Part shown: positions 1-13,709 of the stretch, piece after piece | Layout of the letters: each line of letters starts with the position of its first letter | How positions within the stretch are numbered: the stretch's first letter is position 1 | From: Calcarisporiella thermophila CBS 279.70 | Taxonomy: Eukaryota; Fungi; Calcarisporiellomycota | Assembly (NCBI RefSeq): GCF_041956535.1 | Contig: NW_027192192.1 | Span: 400,543-464,023 of the forward strand | Direction of reading: 5' to 3' | DNA: 63,481 nucleotides | The notes under the pieces: model-generated | What the model saw: only the letters and a program-made list of their open reading frames with translations | Database searches by the model: none | What the model was told of the DNA's origin: nothing | Translations under genes and position numbers: made by a program

Positions 1-78
1 CCACCTCACTCCCCGAATCCCAGAGTGACTTCTCTGTACCAAAAACCAATATCCTCGTAACATTACAAATTAAGTTGA

Positions 79-151
79 GGTTCTATAGTGTAATTGGTTA
101 GCACCCAGGACTCTGAATCCTGTAATCTGAGTTCGAGTCTCAGTAGAACCA
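79..151 (+). tRNA. tRNA-Gln (anticodon CTG), intronless
   Basis: Acceptor stem GGTTCTA/TAGAACC, anticodon arm CAGGA-CT-CTG-AA-TCCTG, T-loop GTTCGAG; T-run just downstream. Confidence 0.97.
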
Positions 152-153
152 AC

Positions 154-158
154 TTTTT
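154..158 (+). terminator. RNA polymerase III terminator (T5) of the tRNA-Gln gene
   Basis: TTTTT 2 nt after the discriminator base. Confidence 0.75.
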
Positions 159-498
159 AGTTGTTAGCAATTTTATAAAAGAATTTATACAGTAGCCGTA
201 AGGTAGAGAATGTTTTTAAGAGAAGAAATAGATAAAATTAGTAATTTAAAAGCATTCAAAATAAAATTTTCAGCTCTATCCGTGTGATTATACTTTTTCC
301 AAGAGGTGGAAAATTGATATAAATGCTATTTTAATATATTATAGACAAACAAGAATATTATTTCAAGTCCTGTAAGGATAATATTAACATATCATGAAGC
401 ACGAGTGAATTTTCTCTAGAGCAGAATAGTAGCAAAGAAAACCACCATAACAATAAATAAATTATATCAATCCAAACTTCGAATATGAGAAACTGCTA

Positions 499-3095
499 TT
501 ATTTTGGAGGGGGAGGAGGAGGTCTTTGCGCCATTCCAGGTTGATTTTGTCCTGGAGGTGGCTGACCAGACACTGGGCCGGGGGGATAATAACCATATCC
601 ATATCCTCCATAAGGATATCCTCCATAACCAGGTTGAACGGGACGATATTGTGCATACATCTGTTGTGGAGGATAGTTTTGACCATAGGCTGGCGCAGGA
701 GAAGCAGAATTTGGCGGAATGCCACCAGAAGATGCAGGGCTAGCTGTACTGGGAGGGCCTTGAGTAGGTGGTTTATTGTATCCTCCATAAGCTGTAGTGG
801 CGGGTGGGGGATAGGGGCTGCCTCCTTGTTGGCCATACATACTAACTGGTGTTTGATTTTGGGAGATATAAGGACTACCACCAGCTGTTGAAGGTTGCTC
901 AGGCTGACCGCCATACCCGTAATACTGTTGATAGGCGGGCTGCTGTTGATAGTATCCCATTTGAGAGGGTTGCTGCGATTGTTGCTGCTGATAATAGCCC
1001 TGTTGAGTAGGCGATATTACAGGCGTCTGTAAAGTCGCCTGCTGCTGTTGTGACGTTTGAGGTATTTGCTGCTGCTGCTGCTGCTGTTGCTGATAATATC
1101 CCTGTTGGGCAAGCGGTACTGGTGGAGTTTGTGACATTGGTTGAGGTTGTGATTGTTGTTGACCTTGTTGGAAATCATCTGCATCGAAAGCGGATGTGAA
1201 TACATATTCTTTGTCTCTAATAATCACCCTGATTTGCAATTCTGTCAGTCCGAAATACATCTTGATTGTCATTCGAACTCGCTCGCCTGGCTGGACTCCA
1301 GGCAAATCTGGCATTCTAATGGGGAAGTTGCCCACTTTCTTTACGTCAGGGTGAGTTGTCAACCTTGGAGGAGTTCCATCGAGATCACACGCGAATAAGT
1401 CCGAGTCAGTGTCATTTGGATAGGTTACAGTAAACTCCTTGGTAATGCAATCGTCAACTTTAATTGGTTGTCCCTTGCGCACAAACACTGAGAATCGCTG
1501 TCTGCATAACAGCCGTCCATCAGATCCGGTAATAGAGTACTCAGGCGGATCCAGCCCTGGTTCAAAGAGCATCCGTGTTTCCACGCCATAGCTCCGACGA
1601 GATATACGTTGTGTTACCATTCGAGGATTTAGACCAAAATATACTGCTCCACGCACCACCGCTAGCGCTCCTCGAGGCGGCACGCCGATAAGACTGACTC
1701 GTGTAGCAAATATTTGGTGAACACGATTATACAGGTAATTTGATTGCCCGAATCCTCCCACTAAAAAGATAGCTTCTAATTTCCCTGCTGCCTGCAACTG
1801 CTGCTCAATCAGTCCCAACACTTGTTGCACCACTGGCTCATATACCTCATTTCTTAGTTCTTCAGCAGTGAGCCGCATTATTCCTGCTTCAATGCCGGCC
1901 TCTTCAATAGTAATATCTCCGAATCCCATAGCAGCAGGCATATGCATAAACTGATCCTCTTCTCCGTCAAAATTTGGTTTGACGCCATCGATGAATTTGT
2001 CCATGATTTGTTCAAAGGCAGCAGGTGGAACAGCACCTACATATTGTAACTTGCGCTCTAGTACACGGCGCATATTCAGATCGAGAAAACCGGAACCACA
2101 TGATGCTCCATGACCTTTCGTTACTTCCTTGAGAGTGCGCATTCCATTTTTTTCCTCAATCTCAAAAACAATTAAATCAACAGTGCCGCCTCCGGCATCT
2201 TAATTTGATAAAATCATACTCAATTAATCCTTTGTAACTTCAGTGGCAAACAGAATAAGTTTAATACATACCGCAAATCATGAATCTTTCCCCATTTCTC
2301 AAATTAAACTGATCGCATTTTTTCTCACAATAGAGCGCTGCAGCTTCAGGTTCAGAAATAAGCATCAGGCGGTCTGGATGATCATTCGGAGAAACTATTC
2401 CTGCGCGAATAGCCGCAAGGCGCATAGCCGCTTTGGCAGGATCACTCCACATAGCGGGAACGGTTAAACAGTAGCGGAATTTGGATGTATCGTAGTTAGC
2501 TGCAAATCCTTTTTGTAATTCTGACAAGACTATAGCAAAGAAACGTCATTATTACTATAGGGCTTTTGATAAAGGTGGATGGGATTATACCATAGCTATG
2601 AAATGCGCGCAAGTAATCTGCAATCGCGTCAACGACCGTTAGACCATTTGGTAATGGTGGTAATCGCAGATTCTCATCAAGATGTAGCTTAAATTTAGAG
2701 AGAAGTACTTGATCGCGTGCATCAGGGCGCATCATCATACGCTTTGCACCATAGCCCCATTCATAAAGTTGTTTGCTATTGTTTAAGTAAAAATTAAGCG
2801 TAGGGACTTTAGGGTAGGTGTCTCCGAATTGTTTCGGCCTAAAATAAAAAGATACAAAATATAAGTTAACTTTTGGATAGAAGGGCCAGACTAATAAGAT
2901 TTACCATTTTGTAATGTCGACCACTTCTTCATTTTGCACAAAAGCATATGAGCATCCACTATACGTGGTACCAAAATCTGTTGGGATAAGCGAATATTTT
3001 AGCGAAAAATATATCTGCTGAGATCATCTATTAATTTTACCAATGCCAATAACGATGGGGTACTCCGCAAAGTTAAAATTTGAATTGGAAGCCAT
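499..3095 (-). CDS. Atypical Hsp70-family (HSPA12-like) actin-fold ATPase with Q/P/Y/G-rich C-terminal tail, 5 exons
   Basis: Spliced motifs IVIGIDFGTTYSG, YCLTVPAMWSD, LISEPEAAALYC, ICDAGGGTVDL, FLVGGFGQS; ATG at 3095; GT-AG introns join ORFs 2496-2738, 2261-2527 and 499-2142. Confidence 0.9.
940..1165 (-). repeat. CAG/CAA-rich coding repeats (polyQ tracts and three (Q/M)GYYQQQ-like units)
   Basis: (CTG)n run at about 1069-1092; repeated GYYQQQ in the translation. Confidence 0.8.
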
Positions 3096-3535
3096 TACTA
3101 TTGATTATTAGAGAAATTTGAAATCTCTAAAAATCTTGCTTTTCAAAAATAAAATAGTGCGGACAAAGAATCCAAGACTAGGAATAAGGAATAAAAAGAG
3201 AGGAACAAGTAGAGATATTATATCTAAACGGAAATGATATAATAGAGACAATAGATGAATAATAGAGGGGCGAGTCTGAGGGGGCTGGATTATGAAATTG
3301 GCTGTGTCCTCTACAACTAAAAAACCTAACCCGAATGTGTCGCTTCAAGTTTAAAAAGGTGCAAAAGATGGCTGTGGTTTGTGGCGCTTTCGAGTTTTCT
3401 ATATATAAGTTTGAATTAAGCAAATTCTATTATCATTTATTCATTTGTGAGGTAATACACCTATCTATCATTTTAGCTCTACTATTGGAATAATATAAAA
3501 TCAAATAAGGCCAGAAAATAAAATAATTTAACATG

Positions 3536-6500
3536 CTACATCTTAAGCATTGAATGCAGAAATATTGATTTAACAATTCTTGGAAGATCGCGATTCTCCA
3601 TACAGATATGCGCGTTCTGCCCTATCTCGTTCTTCAACTTCTCGGCCTGATCATGAAGCGATCCAATAAAAACTAGATCGCCATTTACACGATCGTCTGC
3701 TTTTAGTGCTTTTGATAAATCTGAAGGTTGCAATGCGTACTGTTGTAAATTTGCATCACTCAGTATTACGACAAAATAGTCGTCGGCCTCTTCTCCTTTG
3801 GTGATTTCCCGAATCGCGGTTTGAGTAGCGGCGAGAGTACTATCACCACTTAGACAAAACTGGGCATGCGCATACATGGCTTGTAAGACGCGATACATTT
3901 CCATTTCATTCCGAGGATATGCACCTTCTTGTACAAAGGGAATAAATGCACCGTCGCCGCTATGACCATATAAGCTATACGCAAATTTATGCTCAAATCC
4001 CCGGAAAGCTTCCATCAGCATCAAAGCAACTTGAAGAGAGCGCTCAAGTCGGCGATCGTGAGTGGTAAATCGAAACATGCTTGCACTCAAGTCAAAACAG
4101 AAATACATGCGCTTTGGTTTCTCTTGGAAAGCTCCAAGTTCTGGATCATCTTCGCCGCGTCTTCTGTAGATAGATGTCTCACCAGTTAGGCCTTCAATGC
4201 TGTGAAATAAAACATCGAGGTCTGATCAATTATTCTGCTTATTTTCACGTAATTAAGTGTCTAATTTACAGTTTAGTGTCATCCACATCACCTGTGGTTT
4301 GGTTTTTCAGCCATACGCGTTCTTTTTTCTTTGCCTCGACACTCTCCAAGATCACACGCAATTCTCGAATTTCGCGCTGCACCTCAATGAAATAGGATTG
4401 GAACATCTAAAGCGTGGTTCAATTAATCAATATTAGAAGCCAAAGTACCTTGTATACATCCTTACCTTCACGTCTTTTTCTGTCATACCAAGTTTGCTTA
4501 GTTTTAACTGCATAGCCATTTCATGTAGTTTTTGGTGAGTCTCTGAGACCTCTTTGGGGACTTCATTTGCAGTACGCTGTTTCAAGTGTTGAAATATTAG
4601 ATTCTTGCTATCTATGAATTTTAATCCAACTTACCAGAGTTAACGTGCTCACGTCCACGAAACTTGCTTCTCTGCCTTTAAGATTCAATGCATCCGGATT
4701 TATCTCACTTCCTCCTTTCCCACCACCGAACGAACCTCCTTCTCCGCCCTCACCCCCTCCACTACCTCCTTCGCCTTCTCCGCCCATTCCTCCCATTCCA
4801 CCCATTCCACTCATCCCACTCATTCCACTATCACCAAAGTCAACCATATCGCTAGGGCTCTGATTCATAATCTCTTTTCGAGAGATTTCTTCAAGTGATA
4901 AAGCTCCATGGACTTTTTCCTCCGGCTTTTCATGCCCGTAGATAATGGACAAAATTGAATCATCTAGAGATCCCACCATTCGCTTCCAGTTGTTTGCTGA
5001 TTGTAAGATATCAGCGGGGTCCACTTGCCATACTCTCACCATGCCGCTCGTGTCCATAGTCAATAATTGCCCACTTGGCAACTCTAATAGACAGGTTGAG
5101 GGCTGTTTAATAGATGTTGGAAACTGTAGTGCCGGAGTGTCAGCAGAGAGTTGAGACTGCGAAGGTATAGCGAGGGGAATTGTAATACGCCATATAATTT
5201 CCTGCTGTAAGTTGACTAACTCCAGGATTCCTTCACTTCTGCTGTTTTGCAATGGAGAAGCTACTGCAAGTTGTCCAGTCTTTCGCAAATAGAGGGCCGT
5301 ATCGAGTAGGTTGTTAAATCCGTTTGTCATTGGCATATCCTCCCTTCTAAAATAGGTAACTTTTGACTCGCGCGAGGATGACAACAATGCAGAAGGAAGC
5401 TGCGTAGCAGTAAGAGCAATCACATTGGCAGTTCTAGGGTTTGTAGAGGAATCTTGGATGGTGAAAACCCGATCGGAAAAAGCACTAGAAAAGCAATATT
5501 GATATTTCTGTAGAATTTTTTAATAACTAAAGAAATATATAAATATTTACTGCTTAGGATCCATATGAATGGGGGGGGATATATAATTTATAGTAGGTGA
5601 TCTACTATTGTATCCCTTGACTTCGACTGGCGATATACAATTAGGTAGCCTGTGTCATCGTTAAAAGCAAATTAGAAAGAGAGAAAGCAAGCAATTTGAA
5701 TTATTTATTTTAAATCTCATTTACCCCTCCTGCCCATCCTCTCTATAAACAATATGATGTTGGTGTTTTAGAGCATCCTTCACAAGCCATACATTTGCTT
5801 CTAGCATATGTACTTGATCAACTATAAAGGAATAGACATCGCCTGATATTAGTATTCTTTCACATATATTATTGAAGTTGTTCTAACCTTTGATTGGGAG
5901 TTCGAGAGTATGTTGCGTGTTGGTATTGAAATCTAGAATAACTATCTTTGGCTGATTGCGTTGGAAGAATCCAATCAAACCAATATGAGAAAGATCCTTC
6001 ACCATTATCGAGCTCTGAGGAAGAAACCCTGTAATCTATTAAGGATAAAACGTGTAAATACATCAATAAAGTATATCATGAGATAAAGGCCAATGTTTAC
6101 CGTAATTGCCGTGACAGAATTTCGTTGCATATCGCAAGAGAGAAGCGCATGATCAGCGGGATTATGGAGTAGTAAAAACCAATTATTTTGCACACTAACA
6201 ATGGCCAGTCTAATCCTTGGGGGATCTATAATAATAAAGGAGATGTAGGTTGATATGGGTACCGGCTACATGTAAAATGCATATAAATGACTTTACTTTT
6301 TTGCAGCGGGAAGAACTCGTATAAATCAAAGGAGTTGATACGTTTATGCCCTTGGTCTACCCAATGTAGTGTTACTGGATTAGTAGTCACAGCGAACAGC
6401 GCTCCATCTTCAAGTCCCACGATGTCAAGCGCATCACCGCGTGTTGGCAATTTAAAACTATATAATTGCTCTGAGAATGTCACCGTTCTCCCTTCAAAAC

Positions 6501-9500
6501 GCTCAAGATGATTCCAAGCTTTAGCCGCATCGAGATCCCACCCTCCTCTAAAATTAATCTCGGACGTATTCGAGAATATTGGTGATTTTTTCTCCTCGCG
6601 ACGCCAAATTTGCCACTCTTTGTCATCACGCACAAGGTCAACCTGTTTTCCAAGCCTTATCGCATACTCAAGTTCGAGGCCGATAGGGATTCCGTGCTTC
6701 CTGAACGTTTCAACAAGTATTCCACGGCTAGATTGATCATACTGATCAAAATCGAAAACATTCTGCAAAACCCGAGATACCCCTTCCTCAGGATAGGCTT
6801 GCAGATGACGCACAATGTTCACCAGTTCGCGAGTTGAATAGGGATAGGATATCATCCCCTCATCGACTAACCGACGCAAATCTGTAAACGCATTGCTCAA
6901 TTTTTCAAGCAGTTCATGTGGGACATTGGGACCATATTGAGTGAGCAAATATAATTCAGAGGCAGAATCTGGGTTGTCCACTGCATAGCAACTGAAAACA
7001 TCACCGATTTCCCTGTAAAAATCGTTCCCTAAAAATGGATATCCTGGGCGATTCGCAAGCACAATCATTCTGAAATTTTCGTGTATTATGATGGTCTCTT
7101 CGTCATCGCCAGAATGTGCATCCGCCGGATTACGAACTATGCGGCGGCCATCCCCTAAAACCATCTGCCCGTCCTCAAGCAGATTGCGCAATACAGCTGT
7201 CACATAAGTTGGCGCCTTATCTGCCTCATCGACTACTAGTATGTACCCTTCACGAACAGCTCTAACCAAGGCCGAGTCTTCATATTGAAGAACACCCTCA
7301 ACAATAGAAGGGATGGCAGTAAGACTTTGAACAGTTGTATCTCTAAAAAAATTTCAAATTTATGTTATATACCCTAGCACATATTATAAGATATTGCGAA
7401 GAACTTACCTATGTAACTGTATATATTCGCGAGGGAGTTGTAGCAGTTGCAAGAAGTAGTCTGCAAGCTTGTTTTTCCCGACTCCTTGATTTCCCACCAA
7501 AAGTAGGTGCTCTCCCAGTTGATAGTCTTTCAGCATTTCTCTCAGTATCACCGTTTGGGCTGAATTTTCGTGAAATAATACGTTGGGGACTAACACAGGA
7601 TTTGAAGGCGGGGTAATGGATTGTTCAACATCGCCGATACGAAGGACTTTAGGATTCTCTCGCGAAGGCAATAATTCGATATCAAGCTTATCGATAGGAA
7701 ATGGCTCTTCTGGCAAGATGCCGTTTGAACGTAACAGATCCTCCAGCGCCTCTCTAGCAAGAGATGGTAAGAACCTTGACATCGATACTTTATGTATAGC
7801 GGCATGCAAATTTTCTTTGGGAAAAGCAGCAATTCTCCTACATATCCTAATCAGTTGCCGTGTCGATAACGAGTTGGAGAGCATGCGTACAGTTTCGTCG
7901 TGACTATGCCTCAGCTTATTTGCGAATTTCAATAGGAGATCGAGTTTCTCTAGCGGCATGCCAGGCGAAACAGACTCAAGTACTTGGGTTTCTTCCTGTA
8001 TGGTGAGAGACCGCATAGTAATAAATGAAAACATTGAAACTATTTCTGGGCTTAGCCATGTTTTTCCATCTCCTCCTGCCACGCCACCATTGCTTGAAGG
8101 TGCTTGCGGCCGCGCCAAGGAAATTATCCTGAATGACGGGTGTATTCGTAGAACGCCTTCCACCAACTTCTCGTCCCTTCCTTGTAATTCATCGTATCTA
8201 CGCCAACTCATTAGACGTCGACCGTCTGGAAGTGGAATTTCTCTATCTGACATCAGTCGCTGTAGAGATGCAAGAGTTCCAAAACCCAGCGTTTCTATCC
8301 CATCCATTACAGCGAGCCTTCCTTGTACGGCCGCACGTACTAATGGCGAATTTTCCCACACTGTATCACCAGCAAAAGAAGTAGATCTTCTTTGGAGGAG
8401 CTCTCTCGCGCTCATGTCACGATGCAATGGAATGAATTCGATTGAATAACCTAGAGTGCGAGCAAAGTGGCGGACAAGTACTGATTTGCCAACGCCTCGA
8501 GAGCCAATAATACAAATATCGCCAGCTTTAGAATGAGCGATGAGAAGGGCAGAAATAACCTGGTGATGATAGGGCGTTTCGACAAAAAATTCTTCGGCAA
8601 AAGGCTGTGGCCCAGCAGGAACTAGCACTTCTTCCACTTGATTCGGTGCATCATCATTTACTCGTCGAATTCTGACACGAGCAGTTGAGGATGAATCACG
8701 GGTAATGTCTATAATGCTGTATCCAGTGGGATGCTGCATTACTTCCGGAAGGGATTCCCCCAGCATGTTGAAGCGCTGATATGCTGCTTCTATAACCTTG
8801 CGGTTTTCATCTGAACATGTTGGAAGTACTGGGTAGGGATAAACCAAGTCAAGCAAAAATCGAGGATTGCATCCTGGCAGTACATTTAATATCCGTGCGC
8901 ATACATCGATAGAGGCAGGAAATTCTGGGATATTACTCTCTTCGCCCACATTTATTGTATTTTCATCTCCACTAGTCCCAGGAGCTGGGCCAAGGACAGC
9001 TGCGACGGATGCAATATTTTTTAATATATCATGTGGTGCATTTGGCGCGATAGAGGATAGAAATGTAGCCTGCATATCTGGAGGTAGAGGTCGAATATCT
9101 CGAGACTGGAATCGACTTCGTAGGGGAGGGTCTAAAGGATAGCCAGAGTATCGAGGTACCGGAACGCCTAAAGCGATGACCAAAAATTTCGGATCGACTC
9201 GTTCTAACTTGGCGAAATTCATAGTTTCCTTATTTCTTTCGCCCCTTTGAAGTTTATCGAATCTATTCGCTTGCATTAGGAATCTCCCATCCTCTAATGC
9301 CATCTCTCTATTTTCTAACAAGTTATTTAATAAAGGCAAAACATTTCGCTCTGCTTTCTCAATGCCATCTAACACTAGAAGCCTTCCATGCACAGCTGCT
9401 CTTACAGCCGGTCCGTCTACAAAATACGCTGTTCCATCACGCAGTTCTCTTCTTTGTTTTAGGTCACTGCTTGTCACATCCTTTGATAAAACTACATATT

Positions 9501-9938
9501 CTACTTCGCGTCGTGTCAGTTCTGCGTATTTTAGTGCAATGAGCCTGCGGAGAGGCCCTGGAGGGCCTATTAAAAACATATCCAGACCAAGAGCGTCTTT
9601 TTGAAGCATCCAACGAAGGTGACGAAGTATGGGCTGGGAATCAAGAGGAAGTGATTGCGGGGGGACGTAAGGAACAAGAGAGAGCACCGAGGGATGAAGA
9701 CGTATAATGAGAGAGATGTCCCCAATTCTGATAGTGGTTTCTCCTATTAATTTCATAAAGTGATTAGCGTCCATAATTAACATTTAACCTGTAATAACAC
9801 GAAACCATTTTCGTTCACTGAAGATGCAAATTGCATGCAAATTCTTCCAGGCTTCTGACCGGAGAAAGCATCTGACAATAGCTCAAGCCTTTGTCTAGCG
9901 ACCTCTTCTAAATGTCTTCTCTTTTTCTTGTAATCCAT
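3536..9938 (-). CDS. VWA8: von Willebrand factor A domain-containing protein 8 (MoxR-like multi-AAA+ ATPase with C-terminal VWA domain), multi-exon
   Basis: AAA modules GPPGPLRR, GSRGVGKS and GNQGVGKN, Walker B VVDEAD, YPYSTREL; C-terminal VWA FDLSASM...GHSGD...LSDAN; ATG at 9938. Confidence 0.92.
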
Positions 9939-10157
9939 GCAAAATATATCAGAAATGATAAATAGGTGGCGATGGCATACTATATTGATCTTTCTTTTTA
10001 TATATTAAAATATTCGAATTTCACGTGAACTTATTGATTATTACAATGCGTTGTATTAACAGTACTTCAGTAAAACTGGAGATTATTATCGAATGAACAG
10101 TCACGCAAAAAACATTCGATTAACACTCGTACAGTCATAATAATATTGTTATTTAAA
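9939..10157. promoter_or_regulatory. Short bidirectional promoter between VWA8 and ELP4, containing CACGTG (10022-10027)
   Basis: Head-to-head ATGs about 220 bp apart; palindromic TTCACGTGAA in the middle. Confidence 0.45.
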
Positions 10158-11427
10158 ATGAGTTTTAAAAAACGAGCGGCCATCGGCCAGCCCAAGCTTC
10201 CTGCTGGCACTCGTCTCTCTCCACATAACGCCCAACTTCTTACCTCAACTGGCGTTCCATCACTAGACGATATCCTTGGAGGTGGCCTCCCGATCGGAAC
10301 GTTATTACTGATCAAGCAGGATAAATATACAGGATATGGAAACTTGCTGCTGAAATACTTTTTAGCACAAGGAATGGTAAATGGGCATCATGTTGCAACT
10401 GTGACTGAGAAATCGGAGGAAATTTTAGCGTCTCTACCTGGACTGGCAACAAAAGAGGGTGACAGAGTAGAGGATAAAGAGAAAGAGGAAAAAATGAGCA
10501 TTGCTTGGAGATATGAACGAATGAAGAAGTTTGAAACAAGCGTTAGTCAGTCATCGCGTACGTTTTCTTTTGTTTTTGATGAGCTCTTCGCTAATCCATG
10601 CTTTTATAGAGTCTCAGCAGAGAGAACATCTCCAAGTTTATTGCGAAACATTTGACCTCACAAAAAAGCTACCATTGGGAGAATTTCCTTGTGAACAGTA
10701 TACACAAATGCATAGAGAAGATTTCAAAGATCATCCAGAGTTACTGGAGAGGCTGAGCGAAATGGTACGGGAAGGAGGCTTTAGGTAAATTCACTTTTCA
10801 TATTTTCGATATATATGAAATCAATGGCTTACTTAGAACAACGGATTAGTTCTCTTATCCCATTACCGACAGGAAAAGAGAGAAACGTATTACGTATTGG
10901 GATTCAATCGCTTGCTTCTCCGTGCTGGCAACCTCAAACTCCACACGTAGTTATCACTACCAAATAGCTAGATTTTACCTATTATTTATCTAATTGTATA
11001 TATTTAGGAGCTCTACAAATTCTTCCATGCGCTTCGTGGATTACTTCGGTTTTCCTTTGCTTCCTGTGTCATAACCTTCCCTTCTTATCTTTATTCCCCG
11101 AGTTTCGTCCGACGTATCGAATATATGGCTGACGCTGTAATTGAGCTTGAATCCTTTGCACCACACACAAGTCTTTCATCACCTAGTGATTACCATGGAT
11201 TCTTGTATGTCCACAGACTGCCCGTATTAAATTCGCTGGTACCATCGTCTGCGAAGCTTTCTGTTTTGACGCAAGGGGGGAATAATAATCTAGGATTCAA
11301 GCTAAGAAGAAAGAAGTTTACAGTGGAAACTTTCCATTTGCCACCCGAAGGCGGGGTTTCAGAGAGAAGGGTTCCAACGGAGGAACAAAAAGGGGTATTA
11401 GGGAAAAAAGATGCTTTGGATTTTTAA
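10158..11427 (+). CDS. ELP4: Elongator complex subunit 4, multi-exon
   Basis: STGVPSLDDILGGGLPIG, LLLKYFLAQG, MSIAWRY, FDLTK, FKLRRKKFTVETFHLPP, C-terminal LDF. Confidence 0.92.
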
Positions 11428-11587
11428 ATCAAGCTTATCAGTGTCTAAAACTTCTGTTAAAATTTATTAAAAATATATATATAGATTATATAAATCAAAA
11501 AAGGGCTAATATGACATACGGTTAGATTTATAAATTGAGCATTTGCAGTAGAAAACAGAGAGTTGGGGAATAAGTGGATGACAGAAT

Positions 11588-13054
11588 TTATGGTGAATTG
11601 TTGTGGTTTGGAGGCTCAGTGTCTATATCAGCTTTCACACGTTCGTATACTGCACCTACAATCCGTAAACCCAAGGCCCGTCGTTGAAGTACTTCAGCAG
11701 GGACACTAGTGTCAAACAACACCTGATCACAGACATCTCTAAGTACACCCTCAACTTCTAACTTTGAGCCAAGCCACAGGGCCTTAAGGCCTTTACTCGC
11801 TGCGTCTTCCTCAAGCTTGTTCTTGGCTTCCCCTTCAATACCTTTCTTTTCTGCCTCCTGGAGCTGTGCGAATGAGTTCTGTAAATCTATCGCACACCGT
11901 AATGTAGAGAAGGTTTCGCCGAAAATATGCGATTTTTCCTTAAAAGAGTAATAGAAACGCTTCAGGCCAAGGCCTTGAGAGCTAAGCGCCTGCTTTGCCT
12001 TTAAAGTGTAAGTGAACCCAATGGCATGTAGCAGCTCCACTCCGTATGATTCCGTCTTTAACTCCTCAGCTTCGATTTCAATCATCTTTTCGAATGCCAC
12101 TTCGGCTTCTGGCGTTGCCGGCCCCTCGACAAATACAGTCAGCTTACGCTTTAAGTTTTCTGCAAGTTTGTTGACACGTTTGTCGCGCATTTCCTGGCGC
12201 TCTTTTTCGTTCTCCTTCTCGCGACGTTTTTTCTCTTCTTCAGATATAGACTCTGCGTCGTTATCACCTCCCTCTTGAAGTGCTTCTTTCATGTCTCTCC
12301 CAATGGAGATCTCACCAATAATATCAAGAAAGCGGTCACCACCAAACTGTTGTTTGAAGAAATCTTCAGGATTCACTGGTAGGTTTATGAATGGGAGATA
12401 TTAGAAAATCAGAATGTCTCTAAAAAAGCAAGTTCTGTATAATATTTACCAAATCCACCCTCAGGGGTCAAGTCGTTTTGCTTCCCGAATTCGTTGTATT
12501 TATGCCTAAGATCTGGATCCGATAAAACTTGATATGCTTCCGATATTCGTTTGAACACTTCTTCAGCATCAGGGTCTTTGTTTTTATCGGGGTGATACTT
12601 AATGGCAAGGGCGCGGTACTTTTTCTTGATCTCTGCTTCATCCGCTGTTGGGGAGACTCCGAGGAGGTCGTAATATTCAGTCGAGAGGGGATTTTGGTCT
12701 AGTTCATATAATTACAAAGTCTATCAATCATTGCACGACTTCTGACCAACAATATTGTGAGTACTAACCAGTTCCTATTCGCCTTGAATCTTTCTTGGAG
12801 TCGCCTTTTGCTTCCTTTTTTGAAGAGTTTGAGGACGATGATTGCGATGACTTATTATCAGCTTTAGCTGTGTCAATTTTAGCAAGATCCACCTGGCACA
12901 CTTGTTGGCATGACCAACATCGAACCTTGACATTTGCCTTTTGTAGAAGAAGATTTGAGGGCGGAAGCAACTCCAATTGTGAGGAACAATGTGTGCACGA
13001 AGCCTTAACATAAGGCTCAGGCTTGCGTGAGGGAAGGATTGTGTCTTTTGACAT
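11588..13054 (-). CDS. J-domain protein with DnaJ-X domain (Djp1/Caj1-like) and N-terminal CxxC..CxxC zinc ribbon, 3 exons
   Basis: Middle exon encodes [36 protein letters not shown]; last exon has [16 protein letters not shown] and [12 protein letters not shown]. Confidence 0.88.
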
Positions 13055-13709
13055 TTATTTGATGGATTTGATCAGAAAATAAGGTATTGTGGAATAAGCC
13101 AGTTAGCCACTTGTATTTGGTAAAGGCATGTGTTAAGTTCGAATCTGAAGGAAATCTTAAGTCTAATATTAAATTTTATTCGCGACGATTCACCGCTCCT
13201 TTTTTTTTCTTTTTTTTCTTCGCCATTATGCCAGTGTTGAATGCACTAATTCGGTTATAACTTACTTTTTTTTTCGATAAACAAACTCTTTAACTACATC
13301 TCTGCTTAATTGTCTCTATATACATGTTCTATTTTCTATCCATTTCAATTCAAATGATCGATTGATTATCAGAATATAGCGATTCTTGTATAATAGGTAA
13401 GCTTTTAAGCCACGGCTGCTTCTATATATGTAACGATTTTTCCTCAGGAGGGAGATCATCATCTCGCCTCATCCCGTCATTACTCCTCGCTCATGCAATG
13501 TTTACATTTACCATAGGCTTAGCTCCTCTCATATTTTTATTTCGCCAACGCACTATTATCATCCTTTTCTAAGTTGGGCATTTGAAACTCCTACTTCATA
13601 ATATTTTATAGACTTGTATTCCCATATAATTTCTACTCTACGCCCTCCTCCCCTTTGTTACTTCCTCCCCCTTACTTGTTTAAAATTTTAAACGATTCCG
13701 ATCGTCGGA

